Source: an uncultured Candidatus Bathyarchaeia archaeon (GTDB lineage: Archaea > Thermoproteota > Bathyarchaeia > Bathyarchaeales > DTEX01). Taken from it: 38,145 nt of DNA. Made by a program: the position numbers and the translations under genes. The stretch spans positions 3,057 to 41,201 of the forward strand of contig CAYNMB010000003.1 in the NCBI GenBank assembly GCA_964398235.1, given 5' to 3'. This document shows, piece by piece, positions 37,782-38,145 of this stretch. How positions within the stretch are numbered: the stretch's first letter is position 1; each line of letters opens with the position of its first letter. The notes below the pieces were generated by a model. That model ran no database searches and was not told the DNA's origin. It worked only from the letters and a program-made list of their open reading frames with translations.

Positions 37782-38069
37782 ATGAAGATAAGGGTTAGAG
37801 TTTTCGGCGATCTCATTCCGATTCTAGGTCACGAATTAACTGTAGAATTGGAGAAAGGGGCAAATATCAACGATCTAATTCAAAAAATATCTGGAAGAGT
37901 AGAGGGGTTTAGGGAGAAAATAGAGGCTCTATCTAAGAGGAGGGGGATAACTGACTCCGCTCTTGTGATACTCTTAAATGGCCGCAACATAAAACTCCTC
38001 GATGGGATTGAAACGCTCTTAAAAGATGATGATGTAGTAACCTTTCTACCTCCAGCCGCGGGCGGATAA
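37782..38069 (+). CDS. MoaD/ThiS-family ubiquitin-like beta-grasp protein ending in Gly-Gly
   Basis: 95 aa. MKIRVRVFGDL is at the N-terminus and DDDVVTFLPPAAGG-stop at the C-terminus (compare the MoaD FPPVSGG tail). Confidence 0.8.
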   Translation: MKIRVRVFGDLIPILGHELTVELEKGANINDLIQKISGRVEGFREKIEALSKRRGITDSALVILLNGRNIKLLDGIETLLKDDDVVTFLPPAAGG

Positions 38070-38096
38070 TTATATTTTTCATTCCTTTCCTCAAGG

Positions 38097-38145
38097 TTAG
38101 GATTTGATTAATTTCTCCGCAATCTGGAGTAGTCGATTTATGTTT
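38097..38145 (-). CDS. Possible 3' end of a minus-strand CDS leaving the window (...NINRLLQIAEKLIKS-stop)
   Basis: The frame is open from the window edge to TAA (complement of 38097-38099). Only 15 codons are visible. Confidence 0.2.
   Translation of the reverse strand, partial: NINRLLQIAEKLIKS

Overview
This is a compact archaeal chromosomal segment, about 92% coding by my coordinates, with 36 complete CDS and 2 edge fragments. I recognised no rRNA, tRNA, CRISPR array, transposase or integrase. The archaeal origin is supported by aEF-2 with the diphthamide motif, archaeal/eukaryotic-type uS19, an ATP-dependent DNA ligase, NAC, a PAC2-type proteasome chaperone, a DRG GTPase and Shine-Dalgarno sites resembling GGAGGTGATC. 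I cannot name the lineage from sequence alone.

Content falls into four groups:
- Housekeeping: fusA-rps19, nadA, purF, pyrE, lig, gatB, rpiA, pepQ, nac, topA.
- A scattered, bacterial-looking sugar set: GH2 lacZ, galK-galT, an FGGY kinase, a class II aldolase-like protein and a cupin-type PGI.
- Two tight redox/aldolase modules on the + strand: a DHDPS-like plus PreA-like pair, and a polyferredoxin plus tungsten-type AOR plus MoaD-like GG protein.
- Several orphan genes: a Zn-ribbon/SHOCT-like coiled-coil protein, a membrane coiled-coil protein coupled to rpiA, an AT-rich pair with a minimal HExxH protein, and a 123-aa ORF behind an inverted repeat.

I see no clear defence island or mobile element. 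The most unusual items are:
- The DHDPS-like protein, which keeps the Schiff-base lysine but lacks the catalytic-triad residues, paired with a PreT-less PreA-like flavoprotein.
- The divergent AOR module.
- An apparent one-base frame break in an A6 run at the nadA 5' end.

All homology calls are by-eye motif recognition. No searches were run.
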